Source: Thiohalomonadaceae bacterium (GTDB lineage Bacteria; Pseudomonadota; Gammaproteobacteria; Thiohalomonadales; Thiohalomonadaceae). From it: 64,000 nt of DNA. This document shows, one piece after another, positions 10,349-19,516 of this stretch (position 1 is its first letter; every line of letters begins with the position of its first letter). The notes beneath the pieces were generated by a model. The model saw nothing but the letters and a program-made list of their open reading frames with translations, had not been told where the DNA came from and did not search any database. The DNA is taken from the NCBI GenBank assembly GCA_041678005.1, contig JBAYOW010000001.1, positions 24,809 to 88,808 of the forward strand. Reading direction: 5' to 3'. The position numbers and the translations under genes are program-made.

Positions 10349-12658
10349 TCACGGACTAAACCAATAGCGTCGCGCCCTCTCCCGCCAGGATTCGAGCTGC
10401 ACATCATCCTTGCCCAGATACACCTTTATCGCACCCTGCATAGCTGTGTTATATGAAACCGCACCTATTGCATGATAACGCCCCTGTACCAGTGGATGTG
10501 GAAAACTCCAGCGATTGCGGTAGCCGGTAGAGAATATGACATAGCGTGGCGCTACGGCAGCCACAAAGCCTTCAGTCGACGAAGTCTTGCTGCCATGATG
10601 AGGTGCCACGATTACATCAGCTGCCAGCTGCGCAGAGATTTCCTGCAATAATTGACACTCGGCAGCCGCCTCGATATCACCAGTCAACAGCACCGCACCC
10701 TGTGCCGCGGCGATACGCAATACACATGAAGCATTATTATCAAACTTATATCCAGACCAGTCTCCTGGTGACAAGATGGAAAAATCCACCCCATCCCACT
10801 GCCAGTTTTGTCCGCGTACGCAAGCTTCATGCTCCCGCCAGGAATATGACTCGTCCACGCCGCTGATAAACCTCTCTATGGGCATCGCAGCCATTAGTGA
10901 CTTAGCACCGCCCGCATGATCGCTATCACCATGACTAAGGATCATTGTATCTATTTTCTGGATACCAAAATGCTGCAACACTGGCAGCAAGACCAATTCA
11001 CCAGCATTTGTATTAGCACCAAAAGGCGGCCCGGTATCATAAATCAGGCTATGCTCTGCGGTACGCACCAACACCGCCAAGCCCTGTCCCACATCCAATA
11101 CCGTCACCCAGGCCTCGCCGATTTTCGGCCCAGCAGGGCGCAGCAACAACATCGGCAACAACCAGACCAGCCCCAGCCACCGCGCTGGCCAGCCACGCGG
11201 TGCCAGCAGCCAGAACATACCAAGCATCGCCGGCAGCAAGGTCCATGGCATAATCGCCAGAGCACTCCAGCTCTCCGGCAACAAGCCAGTACACCACGAC
11301 AGCCACCACCACAGCACATCCAGCCCCAACAACGCCAAATACAACAAACCCGCTGCTGCTGTCGGCCAAAGCGACAACAAGACTGTCCCCAGCAACACCA
11401 GCGGCACCACCAGCATAGACACCCAGGGCACGGCCAATAGATTCGCCAATGCACCGATCAAAGGTACCTGCTGAAACCACATCGCCAGCAAGGGAGCCAG
11501 CCCAAGCGCCACCAATACCTGCACCCGTCCCCAACGCCACCACCAGCCACTATTGCCCAGCCGCCAGCCCATGCCAAAAAGAATTATCGCCACGGCTGCA
11601 AAAGACAACCAAACCCCTGCTGCCAATACCGCCAATGGATCCAGCAACAAAACGGCCAGCAAGGCCATGGCCAGCACCCGCACTGGCGAGATATTGCGTT
11701 GTGCCAATACCACCAGCATGACCACTGCCACCATGATCAGCGCGCGCTGGGTGGGTATGGAAAAACCTGCGAGCGCCGCATACAGGCTGGCCGCCAGCAA
11801 TGCAGCGAGTGCAGCTGCCTTGGGAGTTGGTAACCATAAAGGCCACAACCACAGTCGGCGCAGCAGAAAGAACACCAATCCTGCGACTATCCCAACATGC
11901 AAGCCGGAAATGGCCACCAAATGATTGGTGCCGGTAGCGCGCAACACCTGCCACTGCTCATCGCCTATATCCCGACGCTCACCCAGTGCCAGTGCTACCA
12001 CTATTCCAGCCAGGGGATGATCTTGTGCAGCTGAACGCAAGGCTGTATGCATATTCTGACGCAGACGCTGCAAGGGATACTGACCACTATCCTCACTCAG
12101 CAAGACTGTAGATTCACCAGCACGCACATAACCTGTAGCGCGAATACGCTGGGTAAACAGCCAGGCCTCATAGTCATAGACGCCAGGATTGGCAAACCCA
12201 TGTGGGCGCTTCAGCCGCACCTGTAAGCGCCACCGTTGACCTGCCTCAAGCTCAGGAAAACCACGATACCATGCCAACCGCACATTACCTGGCGAGGGCC
12301 AGCTTTTGCCCTGGTAGTGCATATTTTCGACTGAAAAGATAAAGCGACTGCGTTCGGTATTTACCTCAGGCAAAGAGGCAACCAGGCCCTCAAGCAGCAA
12401 ATCCTTGCCTTCCAATTCAGCTGGCAAAGACTGCGCCAGAACTAGCCCGGCATGCAGCCAGGCCCAAAGAAACCCAGCTACGGACCAGGCCAACAGGCGC
12501 GACAATGTCTGCGCTCGCCAAAAGCAAGGCAATATCCAGGCCAGCAACAACGAGGGCAACAACAAAAATAAAAAAAGCAAAGACGGCAGTACCGGCTGCC
12601 ACTGAAAAACAAGTATCCCCAATAAAAATGCCAAGATTCCTCTGACCATATTTCCCAT
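10349..12658 (-). CDS. comEC: DNA internalization-related competence protein ComEC/Rec2
   Basis: Large polytopic membrane core. C-terminal metallo-beta-lactamase domain (VLDVGQGLA ... LSHGDSDHAGG). Confidence 0.9.
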   Translation of the reverse strand: MGNMVRGILAFLLGILVFQWQPVLPSLLFLFLLLPSLLLAWILPCFWRAQTLSRLLAWSVAGFLWAWLHAGLVLAQSLPAELEGKDLLLEGLVASLPEVNTERSRFIFSVENMHYQGKSWPSPGNVRLAWYRGFPELEAGQRWRLQVRLKRPHGFANPGVYDYEAWLFTQRIRATGYVRAGESTVLLSEDSGQYPLQRLRQNMHTALRSAAQDHPLAGIVVALALGERRDIGDEQWQVLRATGTNHLVAISGLHVGIVAGLVFFLLRRLWLWPLWLPTPKAAALAALLAASLYAALAGFSIPTQRALIMVAVVMLVVLAQRNISPVRVLAMALLAVLLLDPLAVLAAGVWLSFAAVAIILFGMGWRLGNSGWWWRWGRVQVLVALGLAPLLAMWFQQVPLIGALANLLAVPWVSMLVVPLVLLGTVLLSLWPTAAAGLLYLALLGLDVLWWWLSWCTGLLPESWSALAIMPWTLLPAMLGMFWLLAPRGWPARWLGLVWLLPMLLLRPAGPKIGEAWVTVLDVGQGLAVLVRTAEHSLIYDTGPPFGANTNAGELVLLPVLQHFGIQKIDTMILSHGDSDHAGGAKSLMAAMPIERFISGVDESYSWREHEACVRGQNWQWDGVDFSILSPGDWSGYKFDNNASCVLRIAAAQGAVLLTGDIEAAAECQLLQEISAQLAADVIVAPHHGSKTSSTEGFVAAVAPRYVIFSTGYRNRWSFPHPLVQGRYHAIGAVSYNTAMQGAIKVYLGKDDVQLESWRERARRYWFSP

Positions 12659-12719
12659 CCCTGGAACTTTGTGGATAATAGGCGGCTACTTTCAGCGCAA
12701 TTGCCTGCTCACCTAATCA

Positions 12720-13265
12720 ATGCCAAAAAAACTCTTCAAACGCCTGATACCGGATCATCGTACGATCCGTGAGCACAAGTACCTGCGTATCTTTGGCAGA
12801 CTGTTGCACGATCCCAACTTATTTCATTTCAACCGCCGTTCAGTTTCCGGCGCCGTTGCCAATGGCCTGTTCTGGGCTCTTATCCCGATGCCATTTCAAA
12901 TGCTGCCATCGGCGTTATGCGCCATTTTCTTCCGCATCAATCTGCCACTATCTGTGGTCCTGGTCTGGCTGACCAATCCTATAACCGTGCCACCTGTCTT
13001 TTATTTTTGCTACAAGGTTGGTAGCTGGCTGCTCGACACACCACCACACGCAATGGCAGCTCGTCTCAGCACAGAGTGGTTGGGCACTGAGCTGGCCATC
13101 ATCTGGAAGCCTTTTCTGCTCGGCTCCCTTGTGGTGGCTGTCACCAGCAGCCTGCTTGGCTACCTTGCTGTACGTCTGCTTTGGCGCATCCATCTAATTC
13201 GGCATATCCAACGCAAAAGGCGCGAACGCGAATTGCGCAAAGTTTTCCGTGATCATAATGAATAA
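12720..13265 (+). CDS. DUF2062 family membrane protein
   Basis: N-terminal KRLIPDHRTIREHKYLRIFG...DPNLFHFNRRSV followed by TM segments, as in DUF2062. Divergent from comEC. Confidence 0.8.
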   Translation: MPKKLFKRLIPDHRTIREHKYLRIFGRLLHDPNLFHFNRRSVSGAVANGLFWALIPMPFQMLPSALCAIFFRINLPLSVVLVWLTNPITVPPVFYFCYKVGSWLLDTPPHAMAARLSTEWLGTELAIIWKPFLLGSLVVAVTSSLLGYLAVRLLWRIHLIRHIQRKRRERELRKVFRDHNE

Positions 13266-13287
13266 GCATACTGATCAACCTGCCTGC

Positions 13288-13968
13288 CTATGCCTGCGCA
13301 ATCCGCCCATCCTCCAGCCGCAAGGTACGATGCATACGCGCCGCCAGACCAAGATCGTGTGTCGCCACGACAAAACTGATTTTTAAATCCTCGTTCAACT
13401 CCAGCATCAAGGCATAAATTTGCTCGGCCGTACGCACATCCAGATTACCGGTTGGCTCATCGGCAAGAACACATTTAGGTTGGGTAACCAGGGCACGAGC
13501 GAGCGCTGCACGCTGTCGTTCACCCCCGGACAACTCACCAGGCTTATGACTTTCACGCGCAGCCAGTCCAACCCGCTCCAATAGAATAGCCGCCCGTTGT
13601 GCAGCCTCACCAGGCTGCATGCCCTGAATTAGCAGCGGCATGGCAACATTTTCCAATGCCGTGAATTCTGCCAGCAAGTGATGAAATTGGTAAACAAAGC
13701 CAAGCGCGCGATTACGCAAATGACCCCGCGCTGCCTCGCCCAGCATAGCCATGTCTTGACCTGCCACCTCAACTCGCCCACTCGTAGGCAGGTCAAGACC
13801 ACCAAGCAGGTGCAGCAAAGTGCTCTTGCCAGAACCAGATGCCCCAATAACGGCAACACGCTCACCGCGCTGCACACTGAGACTCACCTCACGCAGCACC
13901 TCGACAGTCTGCGGCCCTTCGTTATAAGTCTTGCTCAGCTCGTGGCAGGCCAGCACTACCTCACTCAT
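13288..13968 (-). CDS. lolD: lipoprotein-releasing ABC transporter ATP-binding protein
   Basis: Walker [18 protein letters not shown], Walker [12 protein letters not shown]. Start trimmed to MSEVV; it forms an ATGAGTGA overlap with the permease stop. Confidence 0.88.
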   Translation of the reverse strand: MSEVVLACHELSKTYNEGPQTVEVLREVSLSVQRGERVAVIGASGSGKSTLLHLLGGLDLPTSGRVEVAGQDMAMLGEAARGHLRNRALGFVYQFHHLLAEFTALENVAMPLLIQGMQPGEAAQRAAILLERVGLAARESHKPGELSGGERQRAALARALVTQPKCVLADEPTGNLDVRTAEQIYALMLELNEDLKISFVVATHDLGLAARMHRTLRLEDGRIAQA

Positions 13969-15208
13969 AACGCAATGCCTCCGCAGGCTGGGTGCGTGAA
14001 GCACTCCAGGCCGGATACAAGGTCGCCACTATGCTAAGCAGAAAGGCCAGGACTGCAATGCGTACCACATCGGCAAAATTTAAACGTGAGGGCAAAGTGC
14101 TGATGTAATATACATCTGCCGGCAGGAACTGCACCGAGAACAAACTCTCAATAGCAGGAACGATGGTCTCCACATTCAGCGCGAGCAAGACACCGCCAAC
14201 CACGCCCAGCAAGGTACCAACAAAACCAATCACCGTGCCTTGCACCATAAAAACCCCCATCACTCCTCTCGGCGAAAGGCCAAGTGTGCGCAGGATGGCG
14301 ATATCGGTTTTTTTGTCGGTAACTACCATCACCAACGTAGAGACAATATTGAAAGCGGCCACCGCCACAATCAGCGAGAGGATGACAAACATCACCGTTT
14401 TTTCCGTGCGTATAGCACGAAAGAAATTGGCGTGCTGCTGCGTCCAGTCGCTGACGTGATAAGTACCAGGCAGATTGCCAGCCAACTCACGCGCCACCCA
14501 TGGCGCAAGAAACATATCATCCAGTTTCAGCCGTACTCCAGTTATCTCCCCAGACATGCGGAACAGGATTGCCGCATCATCCAGGTGCACTAAAGCCAGG
14601 GCACTATCGTATTCATACATACCGACCTGAAAAATGCCGCTGACGGTAAAACGCTTCAGACGTGGCAATACACCTGCCGGCGTCACATTGGCCGAGGGCG
14701 TTACCAAAGTTACTTTATCACCCACTATCACACCCAGAATACGCGCCAGATCAACACCAAGGATAATGTTGTATTCACCGGCACGCAGATCATCAAGCGA
14801 GCCGGCCTGCATTTTTTCTCCCACCTCGGAAACAGCTGGTTCCTCGGCAGGCAACACACCCCGGATTAAGGAGCCATTCACCCGCGTGCCCTCGATGAGC
14901 ATGCCCTCCTTCTGGATAAATGGTGCTGCACCCAGCACACGCGCATCCTGCCGCGCAAGCTCGGCCACCTCTTGCCAATTACGCAAAGGCGCGCCATAAC
15001 CACTGATTGTGGCATGCGAGGTCATGCCCAGAATACGATGACGTAATTCATGTTCAAAACCATTCATCACCGACAACACCGTGATCAAGGCAGTCACCCC
15101 CAGGGTGATGCCCAGCATGGAGATTAGGGAAATAAAGGAAATGAAATGATTGCGCCGCTTTGCACGCGTATAGCGCAAGCCGATATATAGAGTCAGAGGT
15201 CTAAACAT
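13961..15208 (-). CDS. lolC: lipoprotein-releasing system transmembrane subunit (LolC/LolE family)
   Basis: MacB/FtsX-type permease beginning [20 protein letters not shown], with a C-terminal FtsX domain. Adjacent to lolD. Confidence 0.88.
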   Translation of the reverse strand: MFRPLTLYIGLRYTRAKRRNHFISFISLISMLGITLGVTALITVLSVMNGFEHELRHRILGMTSHATISGYGAPLRNWQEVAELARQDARVLGAAPFIQKEGMLIEGTRVNGSLIRGVLPAEEPAVSEVGEKMQAGSLDDLRAGEYNIILGVDLARILGVIVGDKVTLVTPSANVTPAGVLPRLKRFTVSGIFQVGMYEYDSALALVHLDDAAILFRMSGEITGVRLKLDDMFLAPWVARELAGNLPGTYHVSDWTQQHANFFRAIRTEKTVMFVILSLIVAVAAFNIVSTLVMVVTDKKTDIAILRTLGLSPRGVMGVFMVQGTVIGFVGTLLGVVGGVLLALNVETIVPAIESLFSVQFLPADVYYISTLPSRLNFADVVRIAVLAFLLSIVATLYPAWSASRTQPAEALRYE

Positions 15209-15366
15209 AGGGCGCTATTAAACCACAAGATAAAGCCAGGCGACTGAGTTTGATGCCACAATATTATCGCCAATAAAATCACAACAAACTCATTACAGAA
15301 ATCCGCCAATAAAATATAGTGTGCATTGTATTGTTCAGAACTTTGAACGCTACAACGGTGGGCTAA

Positions 15367-15506
15367 GGAAGCGCTGAATAATGTTGGCGAGGCAGTCAGG
15401 GTTAGGCAAAAAACAGCGAAAAAGTGCAGTTTACACGTAGTAAATGAGCATTTTGAGCCGTTTTTTAACACCGCCCTGACAACGTAGGTAATTATTCAGC
15501 GCTTCC
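15367..15506. mobile_element. MITE-like non-autonomous element, copy 1 (140 bp)
   Basis: Perfect 16-bp terminal inverted repeat GGAAGCGCTGAATAAT / ATTATTCAGCGCTTCC, and an imperfectly palindromic interior. Flanked on both sides by CTAA (15363-15366 and 15507-15510). A second copy lies at 16748. Confidence 0.7.
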
Positions 15507-15610
15507 CTAAAGTATTCTCCATATCTGCCGTCATCACTAACAAGGCGGACTAAAGTTATCTGCACTCGGGACGCTATTGAACTCAAGCACAGCAAATTCC
15601 CGAGACCGCC

Positions 15611-16747
15611 ATGATCATCACACAATCCAATCTACAGATGCAGAGTGGCCGCAGCTATCTGCAATACCAACGCCAGCATGAATCCCTCACCACATGGAAA
15701 AATGGCGAGAATGGCCAGCGCGAACAAATCACCCAGACCTCCAGCCGGGAACAACTAAAGCTGGAAACCAGTAGCAGTCATCTACAGATGAACCACCGCG
15801 CCATGCAAGCACGACTCCCGGCACAGAATCCTAACCAAAGCCCTGCACAAACTCCTGTGCAACTCATGCAGCCTGCGGCAAGCAATATTACAGCCAGTGC
15901 ACCTGCGGACAAAACCAGAGAAGCTGATGCCACAGTTGGTGGTTTCAATGAGCTGCAACTAACCGCCATCATGCTGCTTATAGAAAGACTCACCGGCCGC
16001 AAACTGGAAATCTTCATTCCCAATAAAAGCAATGATGGCGGGCCGCCTGCCGTAGAGGCGCAAAGCGGCAGCACAAATCAGGGCCGTGGCTCTGTTTATA
16101 CAGCCAGCCAAATCCATTATGAATGGGAAAGCACCACGTTCTCGGCACAGGGCATCGTGCACACTGCCGACGGCCAGGAAATACAGCTTTCTCTGCAACT
16201 TAACATGAGCCGTGAATTCTTAAGCCAGACCAATGTTTCAGTGCGCAGCGGCGATGCTCTGAAAGACCCGCTGGTGATTAATTTTGACGGCAATGCAGCC
16301 GAGCTAACACACACCAAATTCGCCTTTGATATTGATGCCAATGGCAAGCTCGACGAGATTTCCTTCGTCAAGCCAGGTAGTGGCTTTCTTGCCCTGGATC
16401 GCAATGACGATGGCGTCATCAATGACGGTGCAGAATTATTTGGTGCCTTAACTGGCAATGGCTTTGCTGAACTTGCCAGATATGATGAAGACGGCAATGG
16501 CTGGATCGATGAAAACGACACCATCTTTGCCAGCCTGCTCATCTGGAGCCGCGATGCCAATGGCAAGGACCAATTTAGCAGTCTGAAAGAACACGACATC
16601 GGTGCCATTTATCTTGACCATATTGAAACCCAATTTGCCCTCAAGGACAGCAACAACGATATGCACGGGCAGGTTCGTTCCAGTGGTATCTTCCTCAATG
16701 AAAGTGGCAAAGTGGGTACAGTGCAACAACTGGATTTGGTGGTTTAG
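15611..16747 (+). CDS. putative calcium-binding protein with EF-hand-like DxDxDG loops
   Basis: The C-terminal half carries FDIDANGKLDE, LDRNDDGVINDGAELFG, GNGFAELARYDEDGNGWIDEND and RDANGKD. From memory, this resembles the calcium-binding module of RTX-type secreted proteins. The N-terminal ~110 aa are Q/S/P-rich. No obvious signal peptide and only a weak RBS. Confidence 0.7.
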   Translation: MIITQSNLQMQSGRSYLQYQRQHESLTTWKNGENGQREQITQTSSREQLKLETSSSHLQMNHRAMQARLPAQNPNQSPAQTPVQLMQPAASNITASAPADKTREADATVGGFNELQLTAIMLLIERLTGRKLEIFIPNKSNDGGPPAVEAQSGSTNQGRGSVYTASQIHYEWESTTFSAQGIVHTADGQEIQLSLQLNMSREFLSQTNVSVRSGDALKDPLVINFDGNAAELTHTKFAFDIDANGKLDEISFVKPGSGFLALDRNDDGVINDGAELFGALTGNGFAELARYDEDGNGWIDENDTIFASLLIWSRDANGKDQFSSLKEHDIGAIYLDHIETQFALKDSNNDMHGQVRSSGIFLNESGKVGTVQQLDLVV

Positions 16748-16887
16748 GGAAGCACTGAATAATGTTGGCGAGGCAGTCAGGGCTAGGCAAAAAATGGCGA
16801 AAAAGCGCAGTTTACATGTAGTAAATGAGCATTTTGAGTCGTTTTTTAACACCGCCCTGACAACGCAGGTACTTATTCAGCGCTTCC
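16748..16887. mobile_element. MITE-like non-autonomous element, copy 2 (140 bp)
   Basis: Same orientation as copy 1. By hand alignment it differs at 9 positions with no indels. Flanked by TTAG (16744-16747) and TTAT (16888-16891). It fills the whole gap between two convergent stop codons. Confidence 0.7.
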
Positions 16888-16890
16888 TTA

Positions 16891-17562
16891 TTAGCCAACT
16901 TTGGCAACCGCAACCTTGTCTCGCAGGTACACAGGCTGTGCCTGCGCGGCCTCTACGGCCTGACCTGCCTGCCAGCCCGCCACTGCCAAGGGCAATAAAT
17001 CTTCTGCCTGCGGGTAGCGCTCACCCTGATATACAGACACAGCACAGCGCTGTGCCAATACCGCTCCATAAGTTTTCCAGCCACTGCCATAGCCAAAATA
17101 ACCAGCGCCCGGCTGGGGTACTTGCTCAGGTGCATACACCCCCTCCTCACCCAGTAATACCATTACGCCTGCGTGCGCCTGATAAAGCCCCCAATACACC
17201 TCGCCCATACGCGCATCGATGGCTACGGTCACCTTTGCTGCGCCAAGTTCGCGCAAAGCGCCCTGGGCGAGTATTGCCAGGGTTGATATCGGCAACACCG
17301 GCAACTCGGCGGCATATGCCAGTCCCTGGGCAACACCTGCAGCAATACGCACACCAGTGAAACTACCAGGGCCGCGGCCAAAGCCCAGGGCATCGAGCTG
17401 GCTCAATGACAAACCTGCCTCGGCCAAAACCTCCTCTACCATAGGTAAAATCAGCCTGGCGTGTTCGCGTGGTGCAACCTCGCTGCGTACATATATATTC
17501 TCCCCATTCAACAGGGCGACAGAACAGGATTCAGTTGCAGTTTCCAGAGCGAGAATTTTCAT
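16891..17562 (-). CDS. tsaB: tRNA threonylcarbamoyladenosine biosynthesis protein TsaB
   Basis: MKILALETATESCSVAL and GPGSFTGVRI motifs. 223 aa. Confidence 0.9.
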   Translation of the reverse strand: MKILALETATESCSVALLNGENIYVRSEVAPREHARLILPMVEEVLAEAGLSLSQLDALGFGRGPGSFTGVRIAAGVAQGLAYAAELPVLPISTLAILAQGALRELGAAKVTVAIDARMGEVYWGLYQAHAGVMVLLGEEGVYAPEQVPQPGAGYFGYGSGWKTYGAVLAQRCAVSVYQGERYPQAEDLLPLAVAGWQAGQAVEAAQAQPVYLRDKVAVAKVG

Positions 17563-19505
17563 GCCGATATATCTGTCTTGTTCTTACCGGCAAGCGCAGG
17601 CAAGGCAAAAAAGCGCTGCACGACCTCCAGCTTGCGGGTTTTTGTCATTGGCGGCAGGCTGTTGATAAATATCCGGCCATAAGGCTTGCTGCCCAAGCGC
17701 GGATCACACAACATCAACACGCCACGGTCGGCGGTATCACGAATCAACCTGCCCACGCCTTGCTTCAAGGCAATCACCGCCTGCGGCAACTGATAGTCCA
17801 TAAATGGATTACCGCCCTGTTGGCGCATCGCCTCGATACGCGCCTGCAAGACCGGATCGCCGGGCGAGGCAAACGGCAACTTATCGATGATGACACAGGA
17901 TAAGGCCTCACCGCGCACATCCACACCCTCCCAGAAAGAACCTGTACCCAACAAGATCGCATTACCCAACTGACGAAACTGTTCCAACAGGCGCGAGCGT
18001 GGCATTTGTCCTTGCACCAACAATGGGTAATCCAGCTTACCATCCAGTATCTCTGCCGCCTCCTGCAATGCACGATGACTGGTGAAGAGAATAAAGGCTC
18101 GACCACGACTGGCCTCCAGCACCGGCAAGGCCTGCTCAATGACTGCAGCAGTGTAGCCAGGGCTATTTGGTTCTGGCATATCCGTCGGCACATAAAGCAC
18201 AGCTTGCTGGGCAAAATCAAATGGACTATCCCAGCGTTTTGTTTGTGCATCATGCAAGCCAAGTCGCCGGGTAAAATGGTCAAAGTTCTCCGCTACTGCC
18301 AGGGTCGCCGAGGTGAACACCCAGGCACAAGGGCGTGCTTTGATCTGTTCCTGAAACAAACTGGCTACATCCATAGGCGTGAGGTTGAGTGAAAATGAAC
18401 GGGCATGTGTCTCGAACCAGTGTATTTGATCGACAGGTGTTATCCCGCTGATCTGGGCGTAACGTGTGGCTGTTTCCTCGCAACGGCGCAAACAGCTTTC
18501 AAGGCCCTTGCCACGTGCCGCCAGTGGCTTCAGTTGTTCCTGTAGCTCATGCAAGGCGGCGGCCACATCGTCCAGCGCCTGCTGAAAACCAGACAACTGC
18601 AAGGCCTCATGCCATGCACCCCGCCGCGCCTCGGTACCAAAGGCCAGACGCAAATCCTTAACGGTCTTTTCCAAATGCTCGGCGCTGCTACGTAAACGAC
18701 CAGTCTCTCCCGCTTCGCGTACATCTTCAGCAATGGTATCTCGTGCCAAATCCTGCAACTGATAGCCACTGACCGTCAGGCCAAAAAAATTAGCTGCAAT
18801 GTCTGGTAGTTGATGGGCCTCATCAAGAATCAAGGCATTGACTCCAGGCAGCAGCTCACCCACACCCTCATCACGCAACGCCATGTCGGCAAACAACAAG
18901 TGATGATTGACCACCACGATGTCGGCCTCTTGTGCCCGCCTTCTGGCCTTCATCAAATGGCAGTCATCATAATAGTCACAATCATTGCCCAGACAATTAT
19001 CACCAGTAGATGTCACCTGCGGCCACAAGGGAGAGTCTTCGGCCAAATCACTCAACTCGGCAATATCACCAGAACGGGTGATCCCTGACCACTCGCGTAT
19101 CTTCTGCAGATCGGCAACCTGACTACGCGTGGGAAAACGTCCGTCACTCAAGGCCAGCTCCATGCGGTGCAGACACAGATAGTTGGCACGCCCCTTGAGC
19201 AAGGCCAAATCGACTGGTACGGCCACCGCATCGCGCACCAGGGGCAGATCCTTGAGAAACAATTGATCCTGCAGATTCTTGGTGCCAGTGGAGATAATGA
19301 TCTTTTGTTCGGTGAGTAGTGCAGGAACCAGATAGGCAAATGTCTTGCCCGTGCCCGTGCCGGCCTCGGCAATAAAAACCTGTTGTTTTTCCAGCGCCTC
19401 GGCAACTGCCATTGCCAGCTCCTGCTGTTGACTGCGCGGTAAAAAGCCCGGGATCAGTTTGGCAAAAGGGCCATCCGAGGAAAGCAGGTAAGAGATATCA
19501 TCCAT
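17559..19505 (-). CDS. dinG: DinG/YoaA-family ATP-dependent DNA helicase (XPD-like, Fe-S)
   Basis: Walker A EAGTGTGKT, DEAH box LILDEAHQL, a Cys cluster (CL..C.GNDCDYYDDC), and C-terminal helicase motifs GSFWEGVD and QGVGRLIR. Start trimmed to MDDISY; the track ORF runs to 19532. Confidence 0.88.
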   Translation of the reverse strand: MDDISYLLSSDGPFAKLIPGFLPRSQQQELAMAVAEALEKQQVFIAEAGTGTGKTFAYLVPALLTEQKIIISTGTKNLQDQLFLKDLPLVRDAVAVPVDLALLKGRANYLCLHRMELALSDGRFPTRSQVADLQKIREWSGITRSGDIAELSDLAEDSPLWPQVTSTGDNCLGNDCDYYDDCHLMKARRRAQEADIVVVNHHLLFADMALRDEGVGELLPGVNALILDEAHQLPDIAANFFGLTVSGYQLQDLARDTIAEDVREAGETGRLRSSAEHLEKTVKDLRLAFGTEARRGAWHEALQLSGFQQALDDVAAALHELQEQLKPLAARGKGLESCLRRCEETATRYAQISGITPVDQIHWFETHARSFSLNLTPMDVASLFQEQIKARPCAWVFTSATLAVAENFDHFTRRLGLHDAQTKRWDSPFDFAQQAVLYVPTDMPEPNSPGYTAAVIEQALPVLEASRGRAFILFTSHRALQEAAEILDGKLDYPLLVQGQMPRSRLLEQFRQLGNAILLGTGSFWEGVDVRGEALSCVIIDKLPFASPGDPVLQARIEAMRQQGGNPFMDYQLPQAVIALKQGVGRLIRDTADRGVLMLCDPRLGSKPYGRIFINSLPPMTKTRKLEVVQRFFALPALAGKNKTDISA

Positions 19506-19516
19506 GAGTGTGCAGT

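Noticed and set aside
10916-11954. Several long ORFs on both strands inside comEC (for example 10916..11440 +, 11049..11543 -, 11550..11954 -).
   Set aside because: Their translations are low-complexity (Q/H/R/P-rich or A/G/V-rich). They lie wholly within a well-supported comEC frame whose biased, GC-rich membrane-protein codons suppress stop codons in the other frames.
12670-12678. A perfect DnaA box (TGTGGATAA) in the comEC/DUF2062 divergent promoter region.
   Set aside because: It is a single isolated 9-mer, roughly what chance predicts in 64 kb on two strands. There is no cluster of boxes, no AT-rich unwinding element, and no dnaA or gidA context.
15193-16852. Minus-strand ORFs 15193..15471 and 16448..16852, which share the peptide LKN(G/D)SKCSFTTCKL(H/R)FFA(V/I)FCL(T/A)LTASPTLFSASL.
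   Set aside because: The shared peptide is simply the translation of the repeated MITE sequence. Several of the few nucleotide differences are non-synonymous, and the ORFs run out of the element into unrelated DNA or antisense to real genes.
16602-17360. A 252-aa plus-strand ORF.
   Set aside because: It is antisense to the well-supported tsaB gene, has a P/R/A-rich low-complexity translation, and begins inside the upstream gene.
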